Shown: positions 9,290 through 20,697 of the stretch, in pieces
Position numbering within the stretch: the first letter of the stretch is position 1
How the letters are laid out: each line of letters opens with the position of its first letter
Assembly (NCBI GenBank): GCA_902494685.1
Contig: CABUUE010000001.1
Coordinates: 1 to 32,750, forward strand
Source of the DNA: an uncultured Collinsella sp.
Lineage (GTDB): Bacteria; Actinomycetota; Coriobacteriia; Coriobacteriales; Coriobacteriaceae
Reading direction: 5' to 3'
Length of the DNA stretch: 32,750 nt
Made by a program: the position numbers and the translations under genes
The notes under the pieces: model-generated
Database searches by the model: none
The model's input: only the letters and a program-made list of their open reading frames with translations
Told to the model about the DNA's origin: nothing

Positions 9290-9391
9290 GGCAAATATAT
9301 AAGGTCGCCTGCTCGGACAGTCCTGACTCGCACGGAGAGCACATTAAGTGCTCTCCGGCTCGTGCGGAACTCGCGATCGACTTCATATGCC
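9290..9391. repeat. Nested-hairpin intergenic element (REP/MITE-like)
   Basis: Central perfect stem CGGAGAGCAC-attaa-GTGCTCTCCG (9333-9357). Outer pairing is CGCACG/CGTGCG and GGCA..ATAT..GTCG / CGAC..ATATGCC. Confidence 0.5.
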
Positions 9392-9428
9392 GCCGCGCGG
9401 CCGGGGCGAACGTGGGTCCAAAATTGTC

Positions 9429-9461
9429 AAAAAGCGGTCGGCGCGCAGGTGCGCCGACCGC
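9429..9461 (-). terminator. Intrinsic terminator of gyrA
   Basis: Stem GCGGTCGGCGC / GCGCCGACCGC followed by TTTTT on the - strand. Confidence 0.75.
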
Positions 9462-9501
9462 CGATATATGGGGTCTGATATTTTCTACCAGCTAGTTCCT
9501 C

Positions 9502-12243
9502 TTACTCGTCTAGGAGATCTTCTGGCATGTCGTTGCCGTCGCCTAGATCGACTGGGGTCTCTTCGGTGTCGGCTGCGGCCTCGGCACCTTCGCCCTCGGG
9601 CTTCTCTTTGGCGGCTGTCATGCGAGCTACGGCGCAGATGCGGTCGTTGTCGTCGACGGTCATCATTTTGACGCCCTGGGTGGCGCGGCCGGTCTGGCTG
9701 ATCTCGTCGGTCTTGACGCGAATGACCGTCGCGCCTTCCGTCACGATGAACAGCTCGTGTTGCGGGCCCACCGTCTTCATAGCCGCGAGGTTGCCCTTAC
9801 GCTCGGTCATCTGAATGGTATAGACGCCCTGACCGCCGCGGTTCTGCTCTGGGTAGTCCGCAACCGGCGTGCGCTTGCCGTAGCCGCGCTCGGTAATGAC
9901 GAACAGGTCGCCGTCGCCGTTGGTAACCTCCATGCCCAAAACGCTCACGCCGTCCTTCATGCTAATACCGCGAACGCCACTGGTGTCGCGACCGGTGGCG
10001 CGTACCTGCTCCTCAGAGAACATAATCGCCTTGCCCGCAGTGGTGGCCAGGATGATCTTGTCGCCCTCGCGCACGCGACGCACGTTCAATAGTGCGTCGT
10101 CGTCGCGCAGGTTGATGGCAATGAGTCCATCGCGGCGGCTGCGGTCATACGCGCTCATCACGGTCTTCTTGACCATGCCGCTCTTGGTGGCAAACATCAG
10201 GTACTCGTCGGCGGGGAACTCGCGGCAGCTGATGACGCTTGCGATCTTCTCGCCGTCCTCAAAGGGCAGCAGGTTGACGATCGCGGTGCCGCGGGCCTGG
10301 CGCGTACCCACCGGCAGTTCGTGCACCTTCAGGCGATAGACCTTGCCCTTGCTCGAGAAAAACAGTACGTACTCGTGCGTGGACGCAATAAACATCTCGT
10401 CGATAACGTCATCCTCTTTGAGGTTGACGCCTGACACGCCCTTGCCGCCGCGCTTCTGGGCACGGTAGGCAGCCACCGGGATACGCTTAACGTAGCCGGT
10501 GTGGGTGATGGTCACGACCATATCCTCGTCGGCGATGAGGTCCTCGACATCCAGGTCCTTCTCAACCTGGCTGATCTCGGTGCGGCGCTTGTCGCCGAAC
10601 TTCTTAGAGATCTCGCGCATCTCCTCCTTGATGACGCCCAAGATCTTCTCCTCATGCGCCAGCAGGTCCTCGTAGTAGGCGATGGCGCGACGCAGGCCGT
10701 CCAGCTCTTCCTGGATCTTGTTGCGCTCCAAGCCGGTCAGGCGGCGCAGCTTCATCTCGAGGATGGCCGTGGTCTGCTCGGGCGTAAAGCCAAAGCGCTC
10801 GATCAGGCGGCTGCTGGCCTCGGAGTCGGTCTGCGAGGAGCGGATAATGCTGATAACCTCGTCGATATGGTCGAGGGCCATCAGGTAGCCCTCGAGGATA
10901 TGCGCACGCGCCTGGGCCTTCTTGAGGTCAAAACGAGTGCGGCGGGTGACGACGTCGACCTGGTGGTCGATGTAGTGCTGCAGCATCTCGCGCAGGCTCA
11001 GGCATTTGGGAACGCCGTTGACGAGCGCCAGGTTGTTGGCGCCAAAGGTCGTCTGCAGTGAGGTGTACTTATACAGGTTGTTGAGCACGACCTGCGGAAT
11101 GACGCCCTTCTTGAGCTCGATGACCAGACGGATGCCCTTCTGGTTGGACTCGTCGCGCATGTCCGAGATGCCCTCGATGCGCTTGTCGTTTACGAGCTGG
11201 GCGATCTTCTCCTGCAGGGTGCCCTTGTTGACCATGTAGGGAATCTCGGTAAAGACCAGACGACTGCGGCCGGTCTTGGTGGATTCCACATGGGCCTTGG
11301 CACGCACGGTAATGGAGCCGCGGCCGGTCTCATAGCTCTGCCTAATGCCGGCGCTGCCCATGATGATGGCACCGGTGGGGAAGTCCGGACCGGGCATGAT
11401 CTGCATAAGCTCGTCGACGGTAGCATCGGGATTGTCGATCAGGTAGCAGGTTGCCTCGATCGCCTCGGTGAGGTTATGCGGGGCGATATTGGTGGCCATG
11501 CCGACAGCGATGCCCTGGCTGCCGTTGACCAGCAGGTTGGGGAAGCGCGCGGGCAGTGCCACGGGCTCGGCGAGCGACTCGTCGTAGTTGGGCTGCCAGT
11601 CGACGGTATCCTTTTGCAAGTCGCGCAGCAGCTCCATGGCAGGCTTTGCCAGACGGCTCTCGGTATAGCGCATTGCCGCCGCGCCGTCGCCATCGATGTT
11701 GCCAAAGTTACCGTGGCCATCGATGAGCGGTGTGCGCATGGAGAACCACTGCGCCAGACGAACCATGGCCTCGTAGACTGCGAAGTCACCGTGCGGATGG
11801 TACTTGCCGATAACTTCGCCGACCGTCCAGGCCGACTTCTTATGCGGGCGGTTGGGGTAGATGCCGCTCTCGTTCATGGCGTACAGGATGCGGCGGTGCA
11901 CCGGCTTTAGGCCGTCGCGCACGTCCGGCAGGGCGCGCGCCGTGATGACCGACATCGAGTACTCGATGAACGACTGCTTCATCTCGCGGCCGAACTCCGA
12001 AATCTGGAGCTGGCCACCGTTGATATCCTCGCCGGCTGAGGCGCCACGATCGACCGCGCCGAAGCTCTCCTCGAGCTCGGCGTCGTCATCCCCTTCCTCT
12101 TCATCCTCGGCGTCGGGGTTATAGGAATCCGGATCGCCGTCCTCGCCCTGCTCAGCGCGGGCGAGCAGGCGCTTCAGATCATCGGGCATACCGGCGTCGC
12201 CGGCCTCGTCCATACCCTCGTTGTTGTTGATATCGTCTGCCAC
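9502..12243 (-). CDS. gyrA: DNA gyrase subunit A
   Basis: Motifs [29 protein letters not shown] (catalytic Tyr) and GyrA-box QKRGGKG. GTG start with a GAGGAGG RBS. Confidence 0.98.
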   Translation of the reverse strand: MADDINNNEGMDEAGDAGMPDDLKRLLARAEQGEDGDPDSYNPDAEDEEEGDDDAELEESFGAVDRGASAGEDINGGQLQISEFGREMKQSFIEYSMSVITARALPDVRDGLKPVHRRILYAMNESGIYPNRPHKKSAWTVGEVIGKYHPHGDFAVYEAMVRLAQWFSMRTPLIDGHGNFGNIDGDGAAAMRYTESRLAKPAMELLRDLQKDTVDWQPNYDESLAEPVALPARFPNLLVNGSQGIAVGMATNIAPHNLTEAIEATCYLIDNPDATVDELMQIMPGPDFPTGAIIMGSAGIRQSYETGRGSITVRAKAHVESTKTGRSRLVFTEIPYMVNKGTLQEKIAQLVNDKRIEGISDMRDESNQKGIRLVIELKKGVIPQVVLNNLYKYTSLQTTFGANNLALVNGVPKCLSLREMLQHYIDHQVDVVTRRTRFDLKKAQARAHILEGYLMALDHIDEVISIIRSSQTDSEASSRLIERFGFTPEQTTAILEMKLRRLTGLERNKIQEELDGLRRAIAYYEDLLAHEEKILGVIKEEMREISKKFGDKRRTEISQVEKDLDVEDLIADEDMVVTITHTGYVKRIPVAAYRAQKRGGKGVSGVNLKEDDVIDEMFIASTHEYVLFFSSKGKVYRLKVHELPVGTRQARGTAIVNLLPFEDGEKIASVISCREFPADEYLMFATKSGMVKKTVMSAYDRSRRDGLIAINLRDDDALLNVRRVREGDKIILATTAGKAIMFSEEQVRATGRDTSGVRGISMKDGVSVLGMEVTNGDGDLFVITERGYGKRTPVADYPEQNRGGQGVYTIQMTERKGNLAAMKTVGPQHELFIVTEGATVIRVKTDEISQTGRATQGVKMMTVDDNDRICAVARMTAAKEKPEGEGAEAAADTEETPVDLGDGNDMPEDLLDE

Positions 12244-12291
12244 GTTACCTCCTCATGGTTTGCGTGGTCCATTAGTTCCCTACCACGGAGA

Positions 12292-12392
12292 CGGCTTTTC
12301 CAGGTGCCGCAGATTCGCCCGAAAGAGGAGGGAAGCGTACTTGGGTACGCGACCGACGATTGAGGGCGAAGGTGCGGTGGCTGGGAAAGCCG
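12292..12392. repeat. Nested-hairpin element in the gyrB-gyrA spacer
   Basis: Nested stems CGGCTTTTCCAG/CTGGGAAAGCCG, CCGCA/TGCGG and TTCGCCC/GGGCGAA, with an apical GCGTAC-ttgg-GTACGC. Confidence 0.55.
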
Positions 12393-12398
12393 CAGGGA

Positions 12399-14471
<2,073 letters not shown>

Positions 14472-14478
14472 CTATCGT

Positions 14479-14508
14479 AAAAAAATACCCTCGGGGACGA
14501 GGGTATTT
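14479..14508 (-). terminator. Terminator-like hairpin between dciA and gyrB
   Basis: Stem AAATACCCTCG / CGAGGGTATTT running into a T-tract on the - strand. Confidence 0.55.
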
Positions 14509-14534
14509 GGCTCTACAAGGCCACCAGATGCGAT

Positions 14535-15098
14535 TTAAGGCTCTTTCTCGCTTTGCACGCCCTTGGCCCACTCGGCACTGGCTCTCATGGCATTCTCGAG
14601 GGCCTCGCGCAGTTTTTGATCTTCGATGGGCGCCACTTGGCGCTCGATCTCGCCGCGTTCGTCTTCACTGAGATCGGCGTGTGGGGCCGGCGGGCGCTCG
14701 GTCACGGCTGGGCGCAAACGCTCCTTGGCAGCCGGCGGCGTGTGACCGGGCGCGGTCGTTTTGAACACCAGGCCGTCCACATGCGCGCCGGCCCGCTCCA
14801 TGCGTGCCCGGATGATCTCGCGCAGCAGCGTCATCTCCTGAGTCCACGAGGGCGAATCGAGATACACCAGCAGCTCATTGGACTCGGGCAGGTAGCGCAG
14901 GCCCGTCACGTGGCGTCCCTCGCGCGTGCCCGAGCACACCGCATTCCAGGCACGATAGACCGCACGAGATTCCTCTGCAGCCTCCATTTGCGCGCGGCAC
15001 TCAGATGTCGCGGCCGCCAGGATGCGCTGACGCTCGGCATCCAAAAAGCCGCCAAAGGCAACCGTTCCGTTCTCGCGCTCGTAGTTAGCACGTCTCAC
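14535..15098 (-). CDS. dciA: DUF721 / DciA-family protein (putative helicase operator)
   Basis: Occupies the position between recF and gyrB typical of actinobacterial DUF721. The W...LLVYLDSPSWTQEM pattern fits. Confidence 0.7.
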   Translation of the reverse strand: MRRANYERENGTVAFGGFLDAERQRILAAATSECRAQMEAAEESRAVYRAWNAVCSGTREGRHVTGLRYLPESNELLVYLDSPSWTQEMTLLREIIRARMERAGAHVDGLVFKTTAPGHTPPAAKERLRPAVTERPPAPHADLSEDERGEIERQVAPIEDQKLREALENAMRASAEWAKGVQSEKEP

Positions 15099-16191
15099 CC
15101 ATGCTCACCACCTTGGCTCGATTAAGCAGGTCATCAGTAAAGTACCCCAGGTTGGTGGTGGTTATGACTGTCTGGATGTCATCACCGATCAGCTGCAGAA
15201 AAGCGCCCCGGCGCTCGGCATCGAGCTCGCTCATCACATCATCCAACAGCAGCAGGGGTGCAGTGCCCAGGATGTCACGGGCGACGGTCACCTCGGCCAC
15301 CTTCCAAGCCAGCACCAGCGTACGCTGCTGCCCTTGGCTGGCAAACGAACGGGCAGATCGACCCGCAACGGTAAACTCAATCTCGTCGCGATGTGGGCCC
15401 ACGAGCGTCACGCCGCGGCGCATCTCCTCGTCGGCACGTTCATCGAGGGCCGCGAGCATATGCTCGTACGCCCAGTCCTTAAGCTCCTCGCGCCCTTCGG
15501 TTTGAGGTAAATCCCCCAGCGTGGATACATAGGACACGCCTGCGTCCTCGCCGGACGCCACCTGCCCATACGCGGCGCGCACATGGCCCGCCAGTCGGTC
15601 GAGCAGGGCCAAACGATGCACGAGCAGGGCTGACCCGGCGCGGGCGATGGAGTCATTCCACGCACCGAGCATCTCGCGGCAGCACCAGGTCTCCTTGAGC
15701 AGGGCGTTGCGCTGCGTCACACAACGCCCGTAGGTGCTCGCCAGGTCGGCGTAACGGGCGCTCAGTTGTACGCCAAAGTCGTCGAGGGCGGCGCGGCGCA
15801 CGCTGGCACCGCGCTTGACCATATCCAGATGATCGGGGCAAAACAGCACGCTCGGCATAACCCCTCGCACGCCGGCAGCCGAGCACCTCTTGCCGTTACG
15901 GCTAAACGAGCGCTTGCCGTCCTCAACGCCCAGCCCCATATCGAGCACGCGGCCATCGCCCTCGAGCCTCAACTCGAGCTTGCACGAGCCCGTGCCGTCG
16001 TGCACGAGCTCGGCAGCTGTGGGATGCCTAAACGAGGTGCCACTCGTCAAAAGCTGCAGCGCCTCTATGAGGTTGGTCTTTCCCGCCGCGTTGGGCCCCG
16101 CAAGCACCGTCACGCCTTCGTCCAGGTCAAGACGGTAGCTATCGAAACTGCGGTAGCGCGCGACGGAAAGGTTGCGGGCAAACACGGTCAT
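15085..16191 (-). CDS. recF: DNA replication/repair protein RecF
   Basis: Walker A GPNAAGKTN, GPHRDE, ASQGQQRT and LLLDDVMSELD. Confidence 0.97.
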   Translation of the reverse strand: MTVFARNLSVARYRSFDSYRLDLDEGVTVLAGPNAAGKTNLIEALQLLTSGTSFRHPTAAELVHDGTGSCKLELRLEGDGRVLDMGLGVEDGKRSFSRNGKRCSAAGVRGVMPSVLFCPDHLDMVKRGASVRRAALDDFGVQLSARYADLASTYGRCVTQRNALLKETWCCREMLGAWNDSIARAGSALLVHRLALLDRLAGHVRAAYGQVASGEDAGVSYVSTLGDLPQTEGREELKDWAYEHMLAALDERADEEMRRGVTLVGPHRDEIEFTVAGRSARSFASQGQQRTLVLAWKVAEVTVARDILGTAPLLLLDDVMSELDAERRGAFLQLIGDDIQTVITTTNLGYFTDDLLNRAKVVSMGETC

Positions 16192-16200
16192 GGCGCAGCG

Positions 16201-17304
16201 CTAGATGCGAACTGGCATAACCAGGTACAGGTAGTTGATCTTGTCGTAGGACTTAAAGATACCCGCCTGCGAGTAGCTCTTGAGCTCCAGCGTGATCTCC
16301 TTCTCCTTGGACAGGGCATTGAGGCAGCCAAAGATGTAGTGGTAGTTAAAGGCGATGGTGCCCGACTCGCCCTCGGCCTCGACATCGATTGTCTCCTGCG
16401 CCAGATCCTGGTCATTGGAGATGGAGGACAGGCCCATCTGACCGTTCTCGACATCGATCTCGAACTTGACGGCGGGGTTCGCGCTCGCGATGACCGCCAC
16501 GCGCTTAAGGGCGGCATTAAAAGCCGCCACGTCGATCTTGACGCTCGTCACGCATGAATCGGGGATGAGCTGCTTGTAGTTGGGGTACACGCCCTCGATA
16601 CGGCGCGACACGTAGGTGGTGTTGCCGGCCTCGAAGACAACCTGGGTGTCGGTGGCGCCGATCATGATGGTCGCCTGGCTGGCCATGATGCTCAGGGCGT
16701 CGTTGAAGGCGTCGGCCGGAACGTTGAGCTCAAAAGAGCCCTCGAGCGTCGAGGTCTCGACCTGGGTGTCGCATACGGCCAGGCGGAAGGAGTCGGTTGC
16801 CACCAGGCGCACGGTGTTGTTCTCGACCTTCATGTGCACGCCTCCCAGGATGGGACGGGCCTTATCGGTCGAAGTGACACGCCACACGCGGCCGACCATC
16901 TCGGACAGGATGTCGGTCGGGAGCTCCACCGCACTCTCGATGGCATAGGCCGGGAACTCGGGGAAATCGTTGGCATCGAGCGTGTTGAGGCGGAAGGAAC
17001 TCTTCTCGCATCCAATCAGCACCTGACGCTCCGAGAGCTCAAAGGTAACCGGAGCGTCGGGAAGGGTCTTCGTAATGTTCGAGAGCATCTTGCAGGGAAT
17101 CACCATCTCGCCCCCTTCTTCGACATGCGCGGCAATGCGATGACGAATCGAGATGGTGTAGTTAGAAGTTTGGAATTCCAAGATGCCGTCCTGCGCCTTA
17201 ACGAGCACGCCCGACAGGATGGGAAGGGTAGATGCCGAAGCGACGCCTTTCATAACGACGCCAATGGCTTGCGTGAGCGAGCTTTGGCTGACGGTAAACT
17301 TCAT
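16201..17304 (-). CDS. dnaN: DNA polymerase III beta clamp
   Basis: Motifs LPILSGV, VATDSFRLA, GVYPNYKQLIP and YLYLVMPVRI. 367 aa, downstream of dnaA. Confidence 0.97.
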   Translation of the reverse strand: MKFTVSQSSLTQAIGVVMKGVASASTLPILSGVLVKAQDGILEFQTSNYTISIRHRIAAHVEEGGEMVIPCKMLSNITKTLPDAPVTFELSERQVLIGCEKSSFRLNTLDANDFPEFPAYAIESAVELPTDILSEMVGRVWRVTSTDKARPILGGVHMKVENNTVRLVATDSFRLAVCDTQVETSTLEGSFELNVPADAFNDALSIMASQATIMIGATDTQVVFEAGNTTYVSRRIEGVYPNYKQLIPDSCVTSVKIDVAAFNAALKRVAVIASANPAVKFEIDVENGQMGLSSISNDQDLAQETIDVEAEGESGTIAFNYHYIFGCLNALSKEKEITLELKSYSQAGIFKSYDKINYLYLVMPVRI

Positions 17305-17542
17305 CTTTTAATACCTTTCTATAGATATAAATATCTTAATAATAGTAATAGCACTGACGAAACTGTTGATTACTCCCAAAAGCGCTGGTCAACCCCAAAA
17401 AGAGAATCGACAGCATCCTGTGCGCAACCGACCGTGTTTTCCACGTTCAAAACCTGCGGAAAACTTTTCGTCGCCTTGGGGTGAGTTTTAGACACGTTAT
17501 GCCCGGCGTTTCGACAAGTTTTCAACAGGTGTCTCTATTTCC
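17305..17542. other. oriC, dnaA-dnaN part: AT-rich unwinding element, DnaA-trios and DnaA-box-like 9-mers
   Basis: The - strand reads TAATCAACA-GTTTCGTCA-GTG-CTATTACTATTATTA-AGATATTTATATCTATAG, the same order as the B. subtilis basal unwinding system (boxes, GC spacer, trios at 17337-17351, AT run). Further boxes are TTTTCCACG 17437, TGCGGAAAA 17455, GTTTCGACA 17508 and TTTTCAACA 17519. Confidence 0.85.
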
Positions 17543-19267
17543 CTACGAACGCAGTGTAATTTTATCTCGTAGCGATTTGAGATCCTCGGTTACGGTACGG
17601 TCTTCCTGAATCATCTTCTGAACCTTTTTATAGCTCGTGCTGACGGTTGAATGGTTGCGGTTGCCAAACTCCGCGCCCACCGCCGTAGTCGTCATCTCAC
17701 ACATCTCGATGGCCAGATAGATGGCGATGTGGCGGGCTTTGGCAATGTTGGCGTTGCGGCGCGGGCCGATGAGCTCCTCGTGCGTCACGCCGTATTGCTC
17801 CTCGATGACAGACTGGACCGTCTGCACGTTGATCTTCTTGGCCGACGTGTCGAAGTACTGGCTTGCGATGGCGTCGATGTCGTCGAAGCTGAGCTCGCTG
17901 CCCTCGCGTTCGCGGTCTCCCGCCTCGCCGGCACAGCGTTCGCAAAAGCTCTCGAGTTCGCGAATGTTGGTTCCCGAGACCTCGGCCATGTGTTTAAAGT
18001 GCTCGTCGGTCAGGCGCCCGCCGTCGCCCCCATAGGCCGCCAGCAGCGAGTCGTCGCCTGCCTCGGGAGCGGCGACGATGGTGTTCTCGTAATAGCGCTG
18101 CAAGATCTTGTATTTCATCTCGTAGCTGGGCTCTGCGACCAGGCAGAGCATGCCGGCGTTGAAGCGGCTGGTCAGGCGCTCGTCCATGCTCAGGTCCTTG
18201 GGGGCGCGGTCTGCCGCGATGACGACCTTCTTGTTGTTGCGGATGAACTCGTCCATGAGCTGGAAAAAGTAGTCCACGCTCGCGCGCTTGCCGATGATGT
18301 TTTGGATGTCATCGATGATGAGCACGTCCACGCCGTGGTACGCCTGCATGATGGGGGCGTTGCTCTTCTTTTGGCGGTCGAACTCGGTCATCAGGTCGTC
18401 CAGATATGCCTGGGAGTTGGCATACTTGACCTTGATCTCGGGCGACTTCTCGGCGAGCTCGTTTTTGATGGCAAGCAGCAGGTGCGTCTTGCCCAGGCCC
18501 GATTTGCCGTAGATGAACAGTGATGTGCATGTGCCGCGCTCGTCCGCGAGGGCGGCAAACTTGAGTGCCGAGCGATAGGCATGGCTGTTTTCGGGGCCGT
18601 AGACAAAGTTCTCAAAGGTAAATTTTGAGTTCGCGGCGAGCGGGGCTCCATCCGTATTCTGCTCGGCCGGCACGGTCGGCGCCGGTATGGGTGAAGCGGG
18701 GGTCGCAGCTTGCGTGGATTTAGTCGGCGCTCCGCCCTTCATCTGGTTCATCATGCGACGAAAATCATCGGCCGAGAGCGTGTTCTTGATTGCAATGCCC
18801 GAATCCGCGCCCGCCGCTGCGTCGTGAGCGATAGGCATGTGCGTGACGGGTGCGTTCGTTGACGTCGCCGCCGCGGTCGGCAACGGTGCCATGGTTTCAC
18901 GGGAAACATTGCTGTGCTGGTGCTCGATTGTCGGCACGTCGCCTGCGGAGGTCGGTGCCGCCGGGGAAGCGGCGGGAGCCGTGGCGGGCGCCGTCGCGGC
19001 AGCGGATTCCGTTGCGGCGCCTTGCGGTGCCACGATGTCGAGCGCGATCGGTGCAAAGGCGATTTCTTCCAGATAGGCCTCAATAGTCGGCTGATGCTTT
19101 TTGAGCTGCGCGATGGCAAAGCGCGAGGGGGCCTCGATCGTGAGCGTATCTTCGGTCAGGCTTATGGCCCGCGATTGCCCCAGCATGTTGATGAGGCGTG
19201 CATCTTGGCCGTCGCGCTGGCAAAAGGCGATGGCATCCCCCAGGATGATGCTTGCTTCCTCGTCCAC
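17543..19267 (-). CDS. dnaA: Chromosomal replication initiator DnaA (long Ala/Pro-rich domain II)
   Basis: Motifs KFTFENFV, YGKSGLGKTHLL, LIIDDIQ, RLTSRF, NIRELE and domain IV ARHIAIYL...GNRNHSTV. Confidence 0.96.
   Translation of the reverse strand: MDEEASIILGDAIAFCQRDGQDARLINMLGQSRAISLTEDTLTIEAPSRFAIAQLKKHQPTIEAYLEEIAFAPIALDIVAPQGAATESAAATAPATAPAASPAAPTSAGDVPTIEHQHSNVSRETMAPLPTAAATSTNAPVTHMPIAHDAAAGADSGIAIKNTLSADDFRRMMNQMKGGAPTKSTQAATPASPIPAPTVPAEQNTDGAPLAANSKFTFENFVYGPENSHAYRSALKFAALADERGTCTSLFIYGKSGLGKTHLLLAIKNELAEKSPEIKVKYANSQAYLDDLMTEFDRQKKSNAPIMQAYHGVDVLIIDDIQNIIGKRASVDYFFQLMDEFIRNNKKVVIAADRAPKDLSMDERLTSRFNAGMLCLVAEPSYEMKYKILQRYYENTIVAAPEAGDDSLLAAYGGDGGRLTDEHFKHMAEVSGTNIRELESFCERCAGEAGDREREGSELSFDDIDAIASQYFDTSAKKINVQTVQSVIEEQYGVTHEELIGPRRNANIAKARHIAIYLAIEMCEMTTTAVGAEFGNRNHSTVSTSYKKVQKMIQEDRTVTEDLKSLRDKITLRS
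18893..18908. promoter_or_regulatory. parS-like site inside dnaA
   Basis: GGTTTCACGGGAAACA matches TGTTTCACGTGAAACA at 14 of 16 positions. Confidence 0.5.
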
Positions 19268-19282
19268 TGTCTCTCCTGTTCT

Positions 19283-20635
19283 TTAGCTCTGAGCTCGCAC
19301 GCGAGCGGCGCCGAGTTCGGTCAGATGGTATTTCTGGCCATGCTTGATGACCAAGCCGGCCTGCGCCAAGTCATTGAGCGTGCGTGACCAAGTGGGGGCC
19401 GAGTTTCCAAACGCCCTCGCCAGATCGGTTGCACCGCACGCTTGATTTTGCGCCAGATAGCCCAGCGCGGCGTTGCCGCGATCGCTTACGAACACGTCCG
19501 GTTGTGGCTGCGCATACTGATTTGCTGCATTAGGATACATCATTTGAGCTGCTGGTTGTTGAGAACTCTGCATCGGCGGCATTTGCTGTTGAAAACTTTG
19601 AGGCCACTGTTGGTAAGGCTGCAGAGGCATCTGTTGGGCCCAGGGGTTGTACTGCTGCTGCGGCATCTGCTGGTACGGCTGCTGATATCCCTGCTGGTAC
19701 TGCTGCGGGAACTGCTGGCCATACCCCAGTGGCGGCATCTGCTGATATGGATATCCCCGTTGGTACGGCTGATAGCCCATTTGTTGGCCACCCGGTGCCC
19801 CCGTCGCCTGCTGCATTGCTGCTGCATCCTGATCTGCCAGCGGCATGGCCTCTGGCATGTTTGGTGTCATCGACATAGATGCCGCCTGGGGCTCTTGTGT
19901 GGGAAGCATTCCGGGCTGCTGCATCTGCCCCACGGGGGGCTGCATCTGCTGCGTTGCCATGGGCTGCTGCGCAAAAGCTCCCGGCAGGGGATATGTGGGC
20001 TGCTCCGTCTCGGGCCGCACGGCAGCACCGCGTCCGCCGGCACGCTCGATTTCCTGCACGCGTTTAGGGTTCAGGCTTACCGTAACCACGGTGCCGTTGC
20101 CCATGTTGTCCTCGATGGATACGGCACCGCCGGCGTTTTCCAAATACTCCTGCACCATGGGAAACCCTGCTCCGGTTCCACGGATATAGCGCTTCATCTT
20201 GCTGTTTGCGCTGGTAACGCCAAAGTCGAAAGCGCGTTCCTTGTCGTCGATGCCGGGTCCTTGGTCAGCAAAGCGGATGGTGTCTCCGCCGTCCAGAATC
20301 GAGATGATGGGCTCTGCAAAGTGTGCGTGGATAAAGTTTTCGACAATCTCGCGGATGACCATGAGCGAGATATGGCCACCTTGTTCTTTCATGCACTGGT
20401 AGACGGTGTTGGTCGTCTCTTCCAAATACGTGCGGACATCTTGCGGATCAATGACGATCACACGCGGTGTCGACAGCATGTCGTCATAGACGGCGATGCG
20501 CGCGGCGTACATGGCTTTTGGCGCCTGCGTTGTCGTCTGTTCACCTTCGTCACGCTCTTCGCGCACGCCGGTGATGTGCTCGTTGTCGGGTGCCGGGTCT
20601 CCGGAATCGACCATGGTGTAAAAGTCGTCAGACAT
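19283..20635 (-). CDS. Uncharacterised GHKL/HATPase-fold ATP-binding protein with Q/P/Y-rich linker and C-terminal winged HTH
   Basis: N-box REIVENFIHA, G1 DQGPGI, F-box FDFGVTS and G2 GTGAGF are present. No HisKA or TM segment is seen. The C-terminus ATDLARAFGNSAPTWSRTLNDLAQAGLVIKHGQKYHLTELG looks like a wHTH. It ends 15 bp before dnaA. Start is ATG 20635 or TTG 20707. Confidence 0.8.
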   Translation of the reverse strand: MSDDFYTMVDSGDPAPDNEHITGVREERDEGEQTTTQAPKAMYAARIAVYDDMLSTPRVIVIDPQDVRTYLEETTNTVYQCMKEQGGHISLMVIREIVENFIHAHFAEPIISILDGGDTIRFADQGPGIDDKERAFDFGVTSANSKMKRYIRGTGAGFPMVQEYLENAGGAVSIEDNMGNGTVVTVSLNPKRVQEIERAGGRGAAVRPETEQPTYPLPGAFAQQPMATQQMQPPVGQMQQPGMLPTQEPQAASMSMTPNMPEAMPLADQDAAAMQQATGAPGGQQMGYQPYQRGYPYQQMPPLGYGQQFPQQYQQGYQQPYQQMPQQQYNPWAQQMPLQPYQQWPQSFQQQMPPMQSSQQPAAQMMYPNAANQYAQPQPDVFVSDRGNAALGYLAQNQACGATDLARAFGNSAPTWSRTLNDLAQAGLVIKHGQKYHLTELGAARVRAQS

Positions 20636-20697
20636 GCCGCTCGCAATCTTCCAAAAGGTTTCGAACAAATAGTAGCTCACCGTGCAATGTTTCTCAT

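Noticed and set aside
5233..9342. Long - strand ORFs (351, 369 and 607 aa) and similar overlapping ORFs across gyrA/gyrB/dnaA
   Set aside because: Typical stop-poor antisense frames of high-GC genes, with no motifs.
19283..20635. Calling the ATP-binding protein a sensor histidine kinase
   Set aside because: No H-box/HisKA, sensor or TM region is recognisable, and there is no adjacent response regulator.
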